From Podarcis bocagei (lineage: Eukaryota): a stretch of 64,000 nucleotides of DNA. Of this stretch, positions 26,410-39,305 are shown piece by piece. The position numbers and the translations under genes are program-made. Each line of letters starts with the position of its first letter. The stretch's first letter is position 1. The notes under the pieces are model-generated. The model saw only the letters and a program-made list of their open reading frames with translations, was not told the origin of the DNA and ran no database searches. The DNA is taken from assembly GCA_964188305.1 (NCBI GenBank), contig OZ076890.1. One strand, written 5' to 3'.

Positions 26410-28071
26410 TTCTTTAATCTGTAGCTTCATAAGATTCTTGTAGGTTGTGGATTACAGCTTTATGTTGTAAATTGCAGGCAAAAAATTCTCTGGGTAGAAA
26501 GGTGACAGATCAGTGTAGACCTTTACCTCACATGTTTCTCCTACACAGAAAGTCCTTCCTTCATTGATAAAGTATGAAGGTTATATCTAGTAGATACATA
26601 TGCTAATGTTTGTATTTAGTTCAATGTACAGCTGTGAAGCTGGGGCTACTCAAGGCTTTCCAGTAAACAATCTGAAAAGGTGTGACCAATCATAGCTTCT
26701 TTCACACACAGGATTAAATTCACATGTGTGTGATCATCTGACACTGTTGCTCTTATTTTATTGATTGAATTATCCTGCCACACTGACTCACAGTATCCAC
26801 AGCATGGATCGCAGCATAAAATACAATAAAAGCACAGTCCAATACAGCATAATGAACACAAACCAAGAACCTAAAACTTAAAATAGAAAAAGGAATATGT
26901 ATTGCAACAGATAACATTAGACGTTCCTGGAATTTTAAAAAATGTCTGTACTATTTTCCTAAAGTTAAAAAAATATATTCATGAGCTACATGTTTCTTCC
27001 TACACTGAAGCTTCTCTGTGGAAGAAAAGGATTACAAATGCAGTACAGCTAGGAGTCTTTTAAATTTATACAAGGAACTGGTGGGTTTATGGGAAATTGA
27101 GGATCCCCAGAAACTTTAGAATGAGTGCCCCTCCTTGACCCAGTTGGCTGTGTAACACTGGTACAGAGTGAGACCATGCCAACAAATTCTTAGGACTGGC
27201 CGATAGGGCATCTTATACAACTGCATCCTGTTGCTATGCAACAGTAATTCTGCTTGCATGTTATCTTGCTGTAGACAGTGTTTGTGACTTCGTTCCAAGC
27301 ATAAAATTCAGCCTCATCTTGTAAGACTGTCTGGCATGAAAGAGTGCCATCGTTTTTTTCATTGTGCTGCCTTCTTTGTACATTAGACTGAGAAGTGCTT
27401 CTGTGCATCTTCAGTGCTTTCAGACTAAAGGGATATGCTATAAAATAGATTGTGTTTGAAAGCGAATATTTAAAATTATAAGGTTAAGTTACAGTCAGAT
27501 TTCACACTCTGAAATCAAATACCATATCTGCAAGTCTGTGAAAGAGGCATGGCTTAAAACTACTAAACCCCATCCTACCCTGGGAGCAATGCAGAAAGAG
27601 GCTGCTGATGCCTTTTTGAAGTCAAAGCAGAAAATTCCTTTACCTCTTCAAACAGAAATGCATCGTGCACAATATACCCATGGGCAGCTTTTATAAGTGT
27701 GCTAAAGCACAGAGTCATTCAGCAACCAGAAACAAACATCTCCATCCCATTTATGGTCCTAAAGGGCACAGAGTACAGGGTGTTATTTCTCGAATACAAG
27801 ATACAATTGTTTCATGTTCCACTCAACCTTATAATAGTTAGACCAGCTGCTAACTCTTTGCCTTAGTTTAGAACAACTGTGTCAAAATTTCACCAATTAA
27901 AATGGAAAGCATGGCAGAAATTTAAGGAGTGCAAAGTTTTGTTTGCTTTTTTGTGCAGTTTGCAGTGCTTTCCCCCATTCTGAAGCTTTGGCACGACTAA
28001 AAAAATGAACTGGGATCATGTGGACAATACAATAACATCATGCAATTATGCAGCCTCTAATTCCTGTATCA

Positions 28072-28209
28072 AATTAATACCTGCTTCAAACATAAAGTGA
28101 AGGTATGAAGAAAGAGGCATATAAATGGATTCTTCCATTCTATTTTTTTACTACAGTATGCCTCTTTCTTCACACCTTCGCTTTATGTTCTGCAAATCAG
28201 GTATTAATT
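28072..28209. repeat. ~50-bp-arm inverted repeat downstream of the KLHL34 stop
   Basis: AATTAATACCTG..AACATAAAGTGAAGGTATGAAGAAAGAGGCATA pairs with TATGCCTCTTTCTTCACACCTTCGCTTTATGTT..CAGGTATTAATT across a 35-nt spacer. Confidence 0.9.
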
Positions 28210-28457
28210 CACAGTTATTACTGAAAACAAAACAGTTGTTTATGTACAGCTCTTATTGGCAACAGGTTATTAGTCTTTGCCTGTTTTACTCTGTGATTTG
28301 AAATACAAAATTCAAGCCGATTTACTGATTCACAATATTATCTCTTAATATAGAATGGGACAACATTTTTAATATTTAGACATTCTGGGGATGTTACGGA
28401 ATTGTCCTTGCAGATCATTTTATGGTGAGTTGTTACCTAAACAGTTAGTCTCTTTTG

Positions 28458-30212
28458 TTATTGAATGTCTTTAGCATCTAGTAATTCAGAAAGCTCTAGC
28501 ACAGCACACTGCAATCCATACCAAGGCAACGAAGCTTTGCATATTTCTTCCCAACAGTCATTGTCTATATCATAGCCCACCACATCCTGAGTTGGAATCT
28601 CCTGGGAATCTTGCCACTTCTTCCCCCCAATGAGAAGGGCAGTTTCCTCCACTACTGCCAAACCATAACTAAATCGATCATAGACCAATGGCCTTAGACG
28701 AGTCCATTGATTTTGGTCAGGATTGTATTTTTCAATTTCAGAGAATGGTTCATAAAGGCCTAAAAATGTAAAGATGCAATTTCTTATGGTGGCCATCTGA
28801 TGCCCAAACCGGGCAATGCTCATGGGGGCTTGCTTTTTCCATTGCCCTTCTAGTGTGCTCAAAGAGTACAAATCCTTACTTGTGTTACTTTGATTTGTGC
28901 ATTTGCCACCCGATATATAAATGTTATTCTTGCAAACAGTGCCGGCATGACCATGGATTTTGCATGGCAAATCTCGAACTTTTGTCCATGTGTCTCGGCT
29001 AATGTTGTAGGCTTCGACGGATGAATGTAATGATCCATCCTCACCTTGACCGCCAATTGCAATAATGGTGTTTTCTAGGATGCAACAAGAAAAGTGGCAT
29101 CTTTTTTCTAGCATCCCGTTGATTTGTATCCACTTGTTAAATCTGGGGTCATAGCGATGGACTTTGTTTGTCACTGTTAAAGTGGGACTTTTCGTTTCAC
29201 TTTGCAAATCTTCTATTTCTCCACCTAGCACATACAGAAAGTTTCCAACTGTACACACACAGTGATTTTGTAGTCGATCCTGCACCTGTGTTAAAATCTG
29301 CCATTTGTGATTGTAAACATCAAAAGCCACCACATCCTTGCTGGGCCCTTCATGTTGAATCATACCTCCAAGCAGGATAATCCGCGTCTTCTGGTTTCTC
29401 AGTGTGCTGTACTTATCCTGTAGGATAGGTTGTCTAAAGACGAATGAGTGGTAGTTTATTGCTTTTATGATTAAGCATTTTATGGGTGCTGTTAGAGGCA
29501 CTTCTGATTGAGTGTAGACTTTTCTCAGATTTTCCACAGGAATAAGACCATATCGTATGTGTTCTAATAAGCAAGTTGTATGTGTCAGCCTCAATTTATC
29601 ATACTTCAGCCACTTCAGCAATAGATCTAGCAAATTAGATTCTTTCACCATAGGCAGATCTGAACATTCAACTACTGCCTTCAAAGATCTGAAATTCAGT
29701 TCTAGCAGTTCTGCAAAATCCAGGTCTAGGAGTTTCCAGAAATTAAAAATGAGATATTTTTCTACAGCTGACAAAGCATCTGGAAGATAGAATCTTGCAG
29801 CAACATTGGCAGAAAAGCAGCAGTTCTCTAGGGTAAGATTGTTAGCCAAATATTGGCTGCACAAGACAATTGCCTCAGACACTTGCAGGTAGGTAGCGGC
29901 TTCCAAAGTGTCTTCCAGGCTGGCAAAAGACAAAGGCAACCAAGAAGTATAAATGAAATCCAGAATGTGTTGCAAACCAGTGGCTGAGATGACTTGCAGG
30001 TGAATGATGGCAGCCTTTGATTCTTTGGTATAACTCTTGAACATGGCCCTGAAGTAATCACTGGAACAGGCCAGCAAAGACTTGTGAGCAGGGAACTCAT
30101 TTTCTTTCACCTTCAACAAAATGTCACACAACAAGCCTTCGCTGCGGAGGGTTTGGTACTGAGACAACACAGAACCACAATGTCCTTTGCAGTAGGACAG
30201 AAAGTAACTCAT
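28458..30212 (-). CDS. KLHL34: Kelch-like protein 34 (BTB-BACK-Kelch, CUL3 adaptor family), intronless CDS, 584 aa
   Basis: Uninterrupted ORF. The N-terminus MSYFLSYCKGH matches recalled human KLHL34 (MSYFLSYCKAH). It has a BTB domain (LCDI..FPAHKSLLACSSDYFRAMF), a BACK domain and Kelch repeats (LYVLGG..YDPRFNKW), and lies tail-to-tail with CNKSR2 as in mammals. The true start is the ATG at 30212, not the TTG at 30224 used by the ORF track. Confidence 0.96.
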   Translation of the reverse strand: MSYFLSYCKGHCGSVLSQYQTLRSEGLLCDILLKVKENEFPAHKSLLACSSDYFRAMFKSYTKESKAAIIHLQVISATGLQHILDFIYTSWLPLSFASLEDTLEAATYLQVSEAIVLCSQYLANNLTLENCCFSANVAARFYLPDALSAVEKYLIFNFWKLLDLDFAELLELNFRSLKAVVECSDLPMVKESNLLDLLLKWLKYDKLRLTHTTCLLEHIRYGLIPVENLRKVYTQSEVPLTAPIKCLIIKAINYHSFVFRQPILQDKYSTLRNQKTRIILLGGMIQHEGPSKDVVAFDVYNHKWQILTQVQDRLQNHCVCTVGNFLYVLGGEIEDLQSETKSPTLTVTNKVHRYDPRFNKWIQINGMLEKRCHFSCCILENTIIAIGGQGEDGSLHSSVEAYNISRDTWTKVRDLPCKIHGHAGTVCKNNIYISGGKCTNQSNTSKDLYSLSTLEGQWKKQAPMSIARFGHQMATIRNCIFTFLGLYEPFSEIEKYNPDQNQWTRLRPLVYDRFSYGLAVVEETALLIGGKKWQDSQEIPTQDVVGYDIDNDCWEEICKASLPWYGLQCAVLELSELLDAKDIQ

Positions 30213-30987
30213 TTCGCAGAACAAAATGCTCTAAAGCCTTTTTGTCAATGAAAAGAAGGAAAGACACTGCAGCTGTGAATTAACTCAACTGGACGAGGAA
30301 GCACTTGAAGAACAACCATCAGCTCTGCTCCTTCAACTTAATAGAGCCCTTCACATCCCTTTCCAGTTTAGCATCCTGCTAGTATACATTGTCTCCTGCA
30401 TTCATTCATTCATTCATTCATAAAGCTGAATTCAGTAACATCCTCCAGACATTTCTCTCACCTCTGTTTCCGGCACAGGAGATGGTCCACAGGAGATGAG
30501 AGCACTTGCTTGGCCAGCATCAGGTGACGATTTGTGCCAGCTCAGATGTCTCCCGTGGCTTTCCTTTCTCTTTAAGCTGATTAAATAGAGCTTCTGTGGC
30601 TGCTGGTGCATCACGAATGGAAGGAGGAGGGCTGAACTTTGCTGCAGCTTTTGCTCGAGCTGTGTAGTTCACTCTTAGACAAGTTTAGCTCTTATTCCCC
30701 CAGGGCCAACAAGCCACGTATGGTGATTTCTCCTCGTAGGAAGTTTCAGCTGAAAATCAAATCAGCACCTACAGATTAGAGTGTTAGGATTTTGTGGACA
30801 CACAGACCTTTAGCCTGGGAGCAGAAAGACGAGCAAAATATGAGGATTAGTCAGTGGTTTAATTTGACATGCATTTTGGAACCCTTTAGTTTATATGATA
30901 TCACCATAACTCACAGTGACCAGAATAGAATGCAAACACTAGACCCCTTGTCATAGCTGTCCAAGCACTGAACTGAGATGGGTGAGG

Positions 30988-30991
<4 letters not shown>

Positions 30992-31047
<56 letters not shown>
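30992..31047. repeat. (GA)n microsatellite
   Basis: About 28 perfect units, ~0.8 kb upstream of the KLHL34 ATG. Confidence 0.98.
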
Positions 31048-31050
<3 letters not shown>

Positions 31051-33924
31051 GGAGGGGAAAGCAGTCATTTTACTAGGAGTGCAAGCCAGAGGATCTGACA
31101 TTGAGTGACCTGGGTGGAAATCATGCGAGCAACACATTTCTTCAAAGGAGTGACAAAAATAGCCCCGAAATTATGTCATATAAAGCAAGCTCTGTTTATT
31201 GTGGGATCCAGGCATAAATGAGTTCCAAGCGAGCTTGAACTTCCTTGGACAGTCCATCACATGGCAAATTTGCAATGGGAAAACAAATGTAGTCAAATTA
31301 AATACAAGGAGTAAGAGATTATCAGTCCTTATCGCCTGTGTCTTGGAACATCCAATTCCCCTCGGGGGCTAAAAACAGTCAGATGCACTCACCCCGCTGG
31401 CTGGCTGGCTGGCTTGTGACAACCTTTGAGTCTATTTGATTGAAATGCCTTTTTCACAGCTCTCATTTCTAAGTAAAATATAAAAAAATGCAGGTATGTG
31501 AGTATGAAGGCTGACACAATCCTGGGCAAGGTACAAAATGACTTTTGGAAAGAGAACCCTGGTCTGCCTTATTGGTAAGTTTCTGCTTTTGAACAATGGG
31601 GGTGAAATGTTATTATAGTTATATCATATATGCTTGACCTGGTAGTTTACAAAGGGACACAGCTGATTATGCAAAGTGTTTGTGTTTCCTGGGAGGGTCT
31701 TGATTTCATCCATATTAATTTCTAATGTATTTTAAGTGGATAAGACATTTGTCGTACACCACAAAGTATGCTCCTCCTTTCTGATGTGATCTGTTCCCTG
31801 CTACTTTATTGTAACAGCATTGAACATGCACTGGCAAAGCAATCAAGGACAAATAGCTATGGAATCTTGTCAGCCAGAGTGGGAACAAATACTCAAAGCA
31901 GTGACATTTTGCAGCTGTCCAGGCATATCCCATTTTACACTGTAAGTCAAGCTTTCAGTGTTTCTTCTATATATAAAAAAATTGCACGTGCGTATGAAAC
32001 TAGTGAGCCACAAGAAAGAATTCTAGCCTAGTTTTCTCCCTGACATTTGTTTTGTATGTAGAGGGAGAATTCAAACATACTATTTCTCCCCTTTCAGTCT
32101 GCATTGGTATGACCCAGGAAAAACTGCACCGTGTGACTGCTCTGATTCTATGTTTCTTTCAGCTGGTCCACATACGGTCACTTATCAATAGATGATTGCA
32201 CTATTGAGTTGCGTTTTGCACGTATGAACGAGCCAGTATGGATCAGATATTAAAGACAGAAGTTCCTTATCTCATAGCACACTGCTGTTCATATGGTGTC
32301 AGATCACAGAGCTACAAGTCTTAGAACGCTGAGTCACCTAGTGATAAGAGCTCAAATAATGTGTGCACATGGACACACCTGCTCCTTGCACTTTCAATTT
32401 CAGTTGGGGGAAGGGCAGTGTACATTATTTGCATGCAGAAGGCACCAGAGTCAGTCTCTGACATCTCCTGTTAAATGGATCAAATAGCAGTTTATGTGAA
32501 AGTCTTGACTACCAGAAAGACAGAATAATAGACAAATATTCTGACTGGCCATAAGGCAACTTTCTATATTAATCTGTAATTTTGATTCTATAGGTATGGT
32601 ACTTTTATCAACCATATGGTACTGTTGTTCGTATACCCTTCTGATGTAGGGTCAGGGGGGTTGAATAGGGAATGCATGCATCCTTGCTATACCACCTTTG
32701 GGTTTGGGCAAATTGGGCATAGGTACATGCCAAGTTAGTCAGCGCACCTGTGTGATAAAGGATGGATAAAGTTGTCCCAGCTGTCTGGAACTTGAGTCTT
32801 GCTGAAGTTGTAGCTGCCAAGAGGAGTGCAAATAGGCCTTTAAAATAAGGTGTGAAAAACAGGATAGCCTTTTAAAAGAGGAATCTGACAAAGGATCCCA
32901 CCAGGAGCATAACTTAATAGATGTTTTGTTTTGTTTTTTAAAATATTTTTTATTAGCCATAGCAATAAACAGAAATGATGAAAAATTCAAGAAAATGTTA
33001 GGACAATGATGTTACAGAGATAATCGTGGAAATTTCAGGAATTTAATTTTAATTTGAATATATTGCAGGGACAAAGAATCTTACAACAGACTCAACTTTC
33101 AAGGAAGGCGCTTGAGAATTACAACCTATTATCTAATCTTAGGCACTGCAGGACACTGATGTCTGTGTGTGAATGTACCACTTTAGAATAAAGGAGGTGG
33201 ATTGTACCCAAAATGAGTGGGGATTGAGTTATGCTACAGAGTATGAGGTGAGAATCACTGGATATAGTTAAAGAAATGTAAAGTATGTAGATATAGAATT
33301 ATAGGGTAGAATACAATATATGATAAGATAAATGTTTATTATTGGGTTGAAGGGAGATCTTGTTGAAGAAAAAATGATTAAACAAAGCCAACATTTGGGG
33401 AAAATAAGGAATATATAAGATAGATGCAGTAGATGGGGGGAAAGGGAAATTCTGTCTAAATTTTCAATCCAAAAATGTGTGTGCGCAAAATTTCTATACT
33501 GCCCTTCAGCCAAGGATCACAAGGTGGTTTATAATATAAAAACACAAAAATACAAAACATCATAACACACAATACAATACTCCCTCAACCAACCATGTAT
33601 TTTAAAAGGCCATGGATTGTTTGCTTAGCCAAAGGCTGGGACAACGGGATTTTTTTTGCCAGGCACAAAAAAATGCAGAAGAAAATTCTGCAGATTCCCT
33701 GAAGAAACATCCTAAAAATGATGGCAGCGAATGAGGATTGGAATATAACAATTCTTTCTTAATTGTCCTGGAGTGATTGAATGTACCTGTATGTGATATC
33801 TAGGGTATGTTGCAAATGGCAGAATGGATGCTCCCAGACCCGCACCAAGGCCACGCCAACGCCTTGTTCTTCACAAATGTCACAGAAATGTCTGGGAAGA
33901 CGCCAGAATGTTCAACATGAGTTT

Positions 33925-34165
33925 CATAAGAATGTAAGAAGAGCCCTGATGGGTCAGGCCAAAGGCCCATATAGTCCATTATTCTAGTCCACCAGTGACC
34001 AATCAGATGCCCACAAGAAGGCCACAAGCAGAGCCTGAGCTCAGCAGCACTCTCTCCATGTGCAGTTCCCAAAAACTGGGTTCAAACGTATATTGCCTTC
34101 AACAATGGAGGTAGAACACAGCCCCCATGGCTAGATTGATAGTCTTAACCTCTATGGATTTGTCT
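33925..34165 (-). mobile_element. CR1/L3 LINE 3' UTR fragment
   Basis: CATAAGAA..AAGAAGAGCC..GGTCAGGCCAAAGGCCCAT.TAGTCCA pattern. A related copy lies at ~44035-44200. Confidence 0.7.
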
Positions 34166-34803
34166 TCATAACTCTGCAAACTTTGAGATGACACAGAAGC
34201 ACACCTGGAATCTTTGAGTGGGCCACAGAGATGCCTTGATGCTCTGGCCCCATCGCTAGTCCCAACAGAAGGATAAATTTATTGAGACAAATTAGTGGGG
34301 GGGCGGGACATCATGGATTCCCTTGAATTACGGTCTCTCATAAGGCTGCAATACCAGGGTACTAAGTACATGCCCTGGAGTAAACGTGTTTAGAACTGAG
34401 ATATGCTTTTGTCCTGTGCCACTGCCACCCCTCTTGATCCAACTTGGGCTGCAACCTGAACTACTGACCTTTCAAGAGCCGCTCATATCCACAGGGACAA
34501 CTGAAGTATGCCAGATATTCACCGCATCTGAAGTCTGTGACTGACAGGTTTATTTCAGGTGAGTCCAAAGCCTGAATCCTCCTGGCTGACCCCATATAAT
34601 TGGCAGCCATGAAAAGCAACCACTATGGCATGCTGCAGGAATCCTGCATAAATGGTTCTCGGAGTGTATCAGCGCTGCATGAAAAGGAAGACCTGTGGGC
34701 ACTTGGATGGGCTATTAGCAGGCAGAAAACATTGACGCTTTTGTTCCTTCTAAGAAAATTGCTCACAGAAGATGTTGTGCAAAGAAAAAGGGTGCACTGA
34801 ACA

Positions 34804-34851
34804 TTTTATGCAAACCTCTAGCAACTCGTTTTATGCAAACCTCTAGCAACT
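34804..34851. repeat. 25-bp tandem duplication
   Basis: TTTTATGCAAACCTCTAGCAACT x2. Confidence 0.9.
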
Positions 34852-36980
34852 GTGGTTTTAGCATGTACAATACAGTGCATTCTCTCCTCTCTTTCATTTG
34901 TTCATTCTAAACTGAAGTAGCAAAGAAGTCAGTTAGAGTTGGTTCACTCTTGTTTAGCCATAGACTGTGTTTTTGCAAACTTTTTTTATATTGGTGTAAT
35001 GACATCAAAGGTAAGCACTTATAGCATCAAATGACTCATTTGTATTGCCCTTGCGTATATCTACATGTACTTCCTCTCCAAGCTACAGCACAAGATAATT
35101 TCCTTTCCGTTGTGTTTCATTCTTGTTGGCTTTTCATGTTTCAATGTTGTTTTCTGCTTTATTTCTGCATACTCAGGTGTCTCTGAATGTAGAGTGGCCT
35201 ACAAATTTGGGAATAAATAAATAAATAAATGATATTCTAGGAGGCAGGGCTCTGCAAGTGAGCCCCACAGAGACTATGGCTGCATTCCTATACCTGCAGT
35301 ACTGGGCATAAGCCATGTTGGACTTAAGTCTGAGTCGAAGTGGGTAGGGTTAGGGAATAAGCTTCACTTTCCTGTCTCCTCATACTCAGGCAAAAATCCC
35401 CCTTAATTCTAGAAGCTGGCCCTGTGCCACTTGCCAGACACTTTAAGTTACACTGTTAACAATAGGGATTATCTTCTGCACAAGAAGTGAATGTGCACAG
35501 CACATAGGTCATTTTGTTTGCAGTGTTTGGCTTTTTGTTACTGTTCCCTCAGTGCATTCTTTACATTTCCAGACCACATAATTATTCCTAATTTACTCTT
35601 CAGGCAATATTCATTGTTATGTGTGAATGGAGAGAGTGAGTCTCACCCCCCTTCCATTACTTTCCAAGGCATAGTATAGCTTTTCTAGGTTAGAAAAGAG
35701 GGAGACCAGGCCAGAGAGCATACAAACCACCAGCTCCTGACAGAACCATCAACAGCCTGAGAGAACTGTTGGGGTAGTTCCTCCTACATCTGCCTTGCAG
35801 CTCTCTATGACCTGAGGAAATGCAGAAGTGAGGGAGGCCAGGCTGAGGAGCACGCATCAGCTCCCAAAAGAGACATCAGCAGCCTGAGAGGACTGTTGGG
35901 GCAGCTGTTTCCCCACCTTCCCAAGGGGTGCCAAGAGCTGTGTGTCCTGAGGAAAGACAGAAGCAAGGGAGCCCCGTCAGGGAGCACACATACCATCAGT
36001 CCTCAGTTGGCCTGAGAGGACTGTGGCACTCTACCTTTTTATATAATGTTTTAGGGTTTGAAAATTGTAAACTGCCTTGGCCAAAGGTGACATATATATT
36101 CAACTGAGAGAAAATTCTGAGATTTCAAGCAATGCCTTCCATCCAATATGGGCAGGGCAACTGGGGGGGTCAGACAGGACTGTGGAAACTTGCTGATGCT
36201 TGTGAAAGTAAGATTCTTCACAGACCCAGAAAAAAAAAATGGAGAAATGGTCTGAGCAAATTCTACAGTGCACCTGTTTTGCTTTCCTCACATTTGGATT
36301 GGATGTGATCCCAAGCAATTACCCTCTATTGAGAAAGGAGTAGTTGGCACACTTGATGAAAACTTACCCTAGATATGTTAAAGGGCAGTTCCCTCAAGGT
36401 GCATACTTAAGATGTGATGTGATGTCTTATCACACAGACAAGAACCAAACTCTGCAAACTACCTTGGGCAAACGCCAACAAAAAGCTAACCTTTAAAACC
36501 CTTTGCATCTTGGGAAAGCCAGCTTTCTCTCCCATCTGAACATTCCTGCATGTTGAGATCTAGTAGTGACAATTTATTGCAAGGGCATTTATCACTGTCA
36601 GATTACAAGTAACAACTAAGTGGACTTTTTCTATCATAGTCCTGGGACAGCGCAACCATCTTCTGCAAAAATATTATCCAGATCTAGAACATTTGTCTTT
36701 GTTTTTACTGCAATTTTCTTTTGCGTTTTTGAACATGTTATAGTTAGAGCTGCAATGGCCACTTGCCACTACTGTCTGAAAATGTGGATTTATTTAAAGG
36801 TTTTAGATATATAGCATGTCTATATTGGATGCTGGACCCTGTCTTTCTTATAATCAAAGGATTGAAAGAATCCACACACACACACACCCAAATTCATAGA
36901 CAAATTTTCAACCTGATTTCATGACTAGGGCCACAGAAGTGAAGAATGGTGTTTCTTCCAGATAAATTTGAATGCATGAT

Positions 36981-36982
<2 letters not shown>

Positions 36983-37012
<30 letters not shown>
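36983..37012. repeat. (GT)n microsatellite
   Basis: 15 units. Confidence 0.98.
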
Positions 37013-37015
<3 letters not shown>

Positions 37016-38768
37016 AGAAAAATGAAATAGTGAAGAAGGAACAACTCTTTGATTATGAAAACACCTCCAGTAAAACCCCTTTCTCAATTATCCTTCCATT
37101 TTTCCACTTGGCATCTGATGTTTGTCTAAAACACACCCCAAAACCTTGGGCTTGGAATTAAGTGGAAAGAAGATAGCCTTTCCTACTGTGTGGCAACCTG
37201 AGAAGCACAGCCTGTAGAATATCCTGTGTCTGTATTGAAATCAATACATCAAATCCCTGCAACTGGATTTGTACACGCTGTCATCTGAGAGTGAATTTTA
37301 GACTTATCAGGAGTTTTGTTACATTTGGTTTTATTATAAGTGGTTTCTGCCAAATTAGCTAAATGAAACTTTTCAGAAAGGTTACCACAAAGGAAAAGGA
37401 AAAGAAATGCACTCTCCCACACAGAACAGCCCCACAAAGGAACCCCAGGATGCCTTCTAGGGCTGCCTAATTATACCCTCCAATAAAGGAAAAGGAAGCA
37501 TTAACACCTGCAAGTGACTTAAGGCCACCATTTCTTTTTTCCTGCTATTTCTTTCTGAAATCAAAAGCGGTAGTTACAAAACGGTCATTAAAGGATTTCA
37601 ACAGACCTTGTGTCCTGAAACTATTATTAGAAGTTATAGATAACAGCTCAGAAGCTGGAAGTGGAAAACAGGAGCAAAGCAAGCCATATATGCCTATATG
37701 GGGTTTGGTGGGGTGGCTTGTCTCATGGCATCTCATCTGTGCCAGTGGCATGCCAATGGCCTTGTGCACAATGTACAACAGATCCAGGGGCTCTCATGGA
37801 TTGTTTACAAGCAGAAGAGTTCACATAAATGAGGGAATCCTGTTGGCACACAAGATCCAATATAATTTCCTAAGTCTTTTCCAAAATATTACTTCTAGTT
37901 TTGTGTAAAAATCCTCCAGGCAATATTTGTCACAAAATGTGTTCAGTTAAATTATATCCATCTTACATGTTGATGCAACTTTTGCATGGTTATATCATTT
38001 GTACCAGGCGATTTGAAGGGGGGGGTCTAAGTAGCATATAATGGTGAAAAATGGCTCTAAAAGTTTGGTCAACTAACTCAACCAGTTTCATATTTCTGGC
38101 ACCTACAAATTAACTGAAAGCAGTCTGCTTAATTTCCTTCAGGGGTCAGTATCTGGCATCCAACAGCAAATGCCTTCAATTTCACTTTCCTCTTCTCCTT
38201 GTTGACCTGTTGTTTTTGCTACTGCTGCTACTGTTGTTCATTTTATTTCTATACAAGACCTTAAAACATCAAATAAAGCAATCCAGAATAAATGTTACTG
38301 AAGAAAGTCAAATGTAAAGTATACACTCAAAGCAACATAATTAACAAGAAACTAAACAAAAAAAATTCTTAAACATTTTTTAAAAAAACACTACAAGAAG
38401 TCAAATATAAAATGCACATTTAAAATAGTATAATTAAGAAGATAATAAAATAGTCAAGTAAAGCATCTCAATTTGTTATACTTGCTTGACATTGTAAATA
38501 AAGAGGAAAATCATCTATGCAAACTAGTCACTTCCTCTTACAGCATGTGTCGCATTCATATTATAAAATCAATGAGACGCTCAAGTATACTTTTTTTGTT
38601 ATGGCATGCCTTATCATCTGAAGGGGGAAACAGCTCCAAAAATTGGGTTGACCTGTGCGCTTGTGACTTTTCTTTCAACTCCTGGGATAGTCTCAAGCCC
38701 ATTATTGACCTTTATTAACTCTTAGACTTTTGGAGGGAAAGAAGTTGTAAAGAAGTAAGACTTTAAAG

Positions 38769-39305
38769 CAGGGTTGGGTAACCCGTGGACTTCCAGATGT
38801 TGCTGGACTACAACTTGCATAATCCCTGACCTTTGGTTATGCTGTCTGGGACTGATGAGACCATCTGAAGGACCATAGATCAGCCACCCCTCCTTTAGAT
38901 TTTAAAATTTCATTTGTATCCTTCCTTTCCTCCAAGGACCTCAAGGTTGTGTACATGAATCACCCTCTTTTCGTGTTATCCTCACAACAACCCTGGGAGA
39001 TAAGTTAGGCTAAGAGACACTAACCAGATCAAAGTCACCCAGTGAGTTTTATGGCTGAACAGGGATTTGAACCCTGGTCTTCCAGATCCTAGTCTAGCAC
39101 TCAAGCCACTACATCACACTGGTTCTCTTTATAGTATATATAGCAGAGATAAGAAAAATGGTGCCTTCCAGATGTTGCTGGACCACAACTCCCATGAGCC
39201 CCAGCCACTATGGTCCTTGGTCAGGTACAATGGAAACCATAGTCCAACAATGCCTGGACTATGTCAACATTGTCCAACAATGCCTGGACTATGTTGAACA
39301 TTGTC
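38769..39305. mobile_element. Cluster: hAT-like MITE (38769-38892), Squam3-like SINE on - (38905-39125), and a MITE fragment with a 30-bp tandem duplication
   Basis: CCAGATGTTGCTGGACTACAACT motifs, ATCCTCACAACAACCCTG..AGGCTAAGAGA..GTCACCCAGTGAG core, and GTCCAACAATGCCTGGACTATGT x2. Confidence 0.7.

Noticed and set aside
30213-30224. MFCE N-terminal extension of KLHL34 in the ORF track
   Set aside because: It starts at TTG. The conserved N-terminus MSYFLSY begins at the ATG at 30212.
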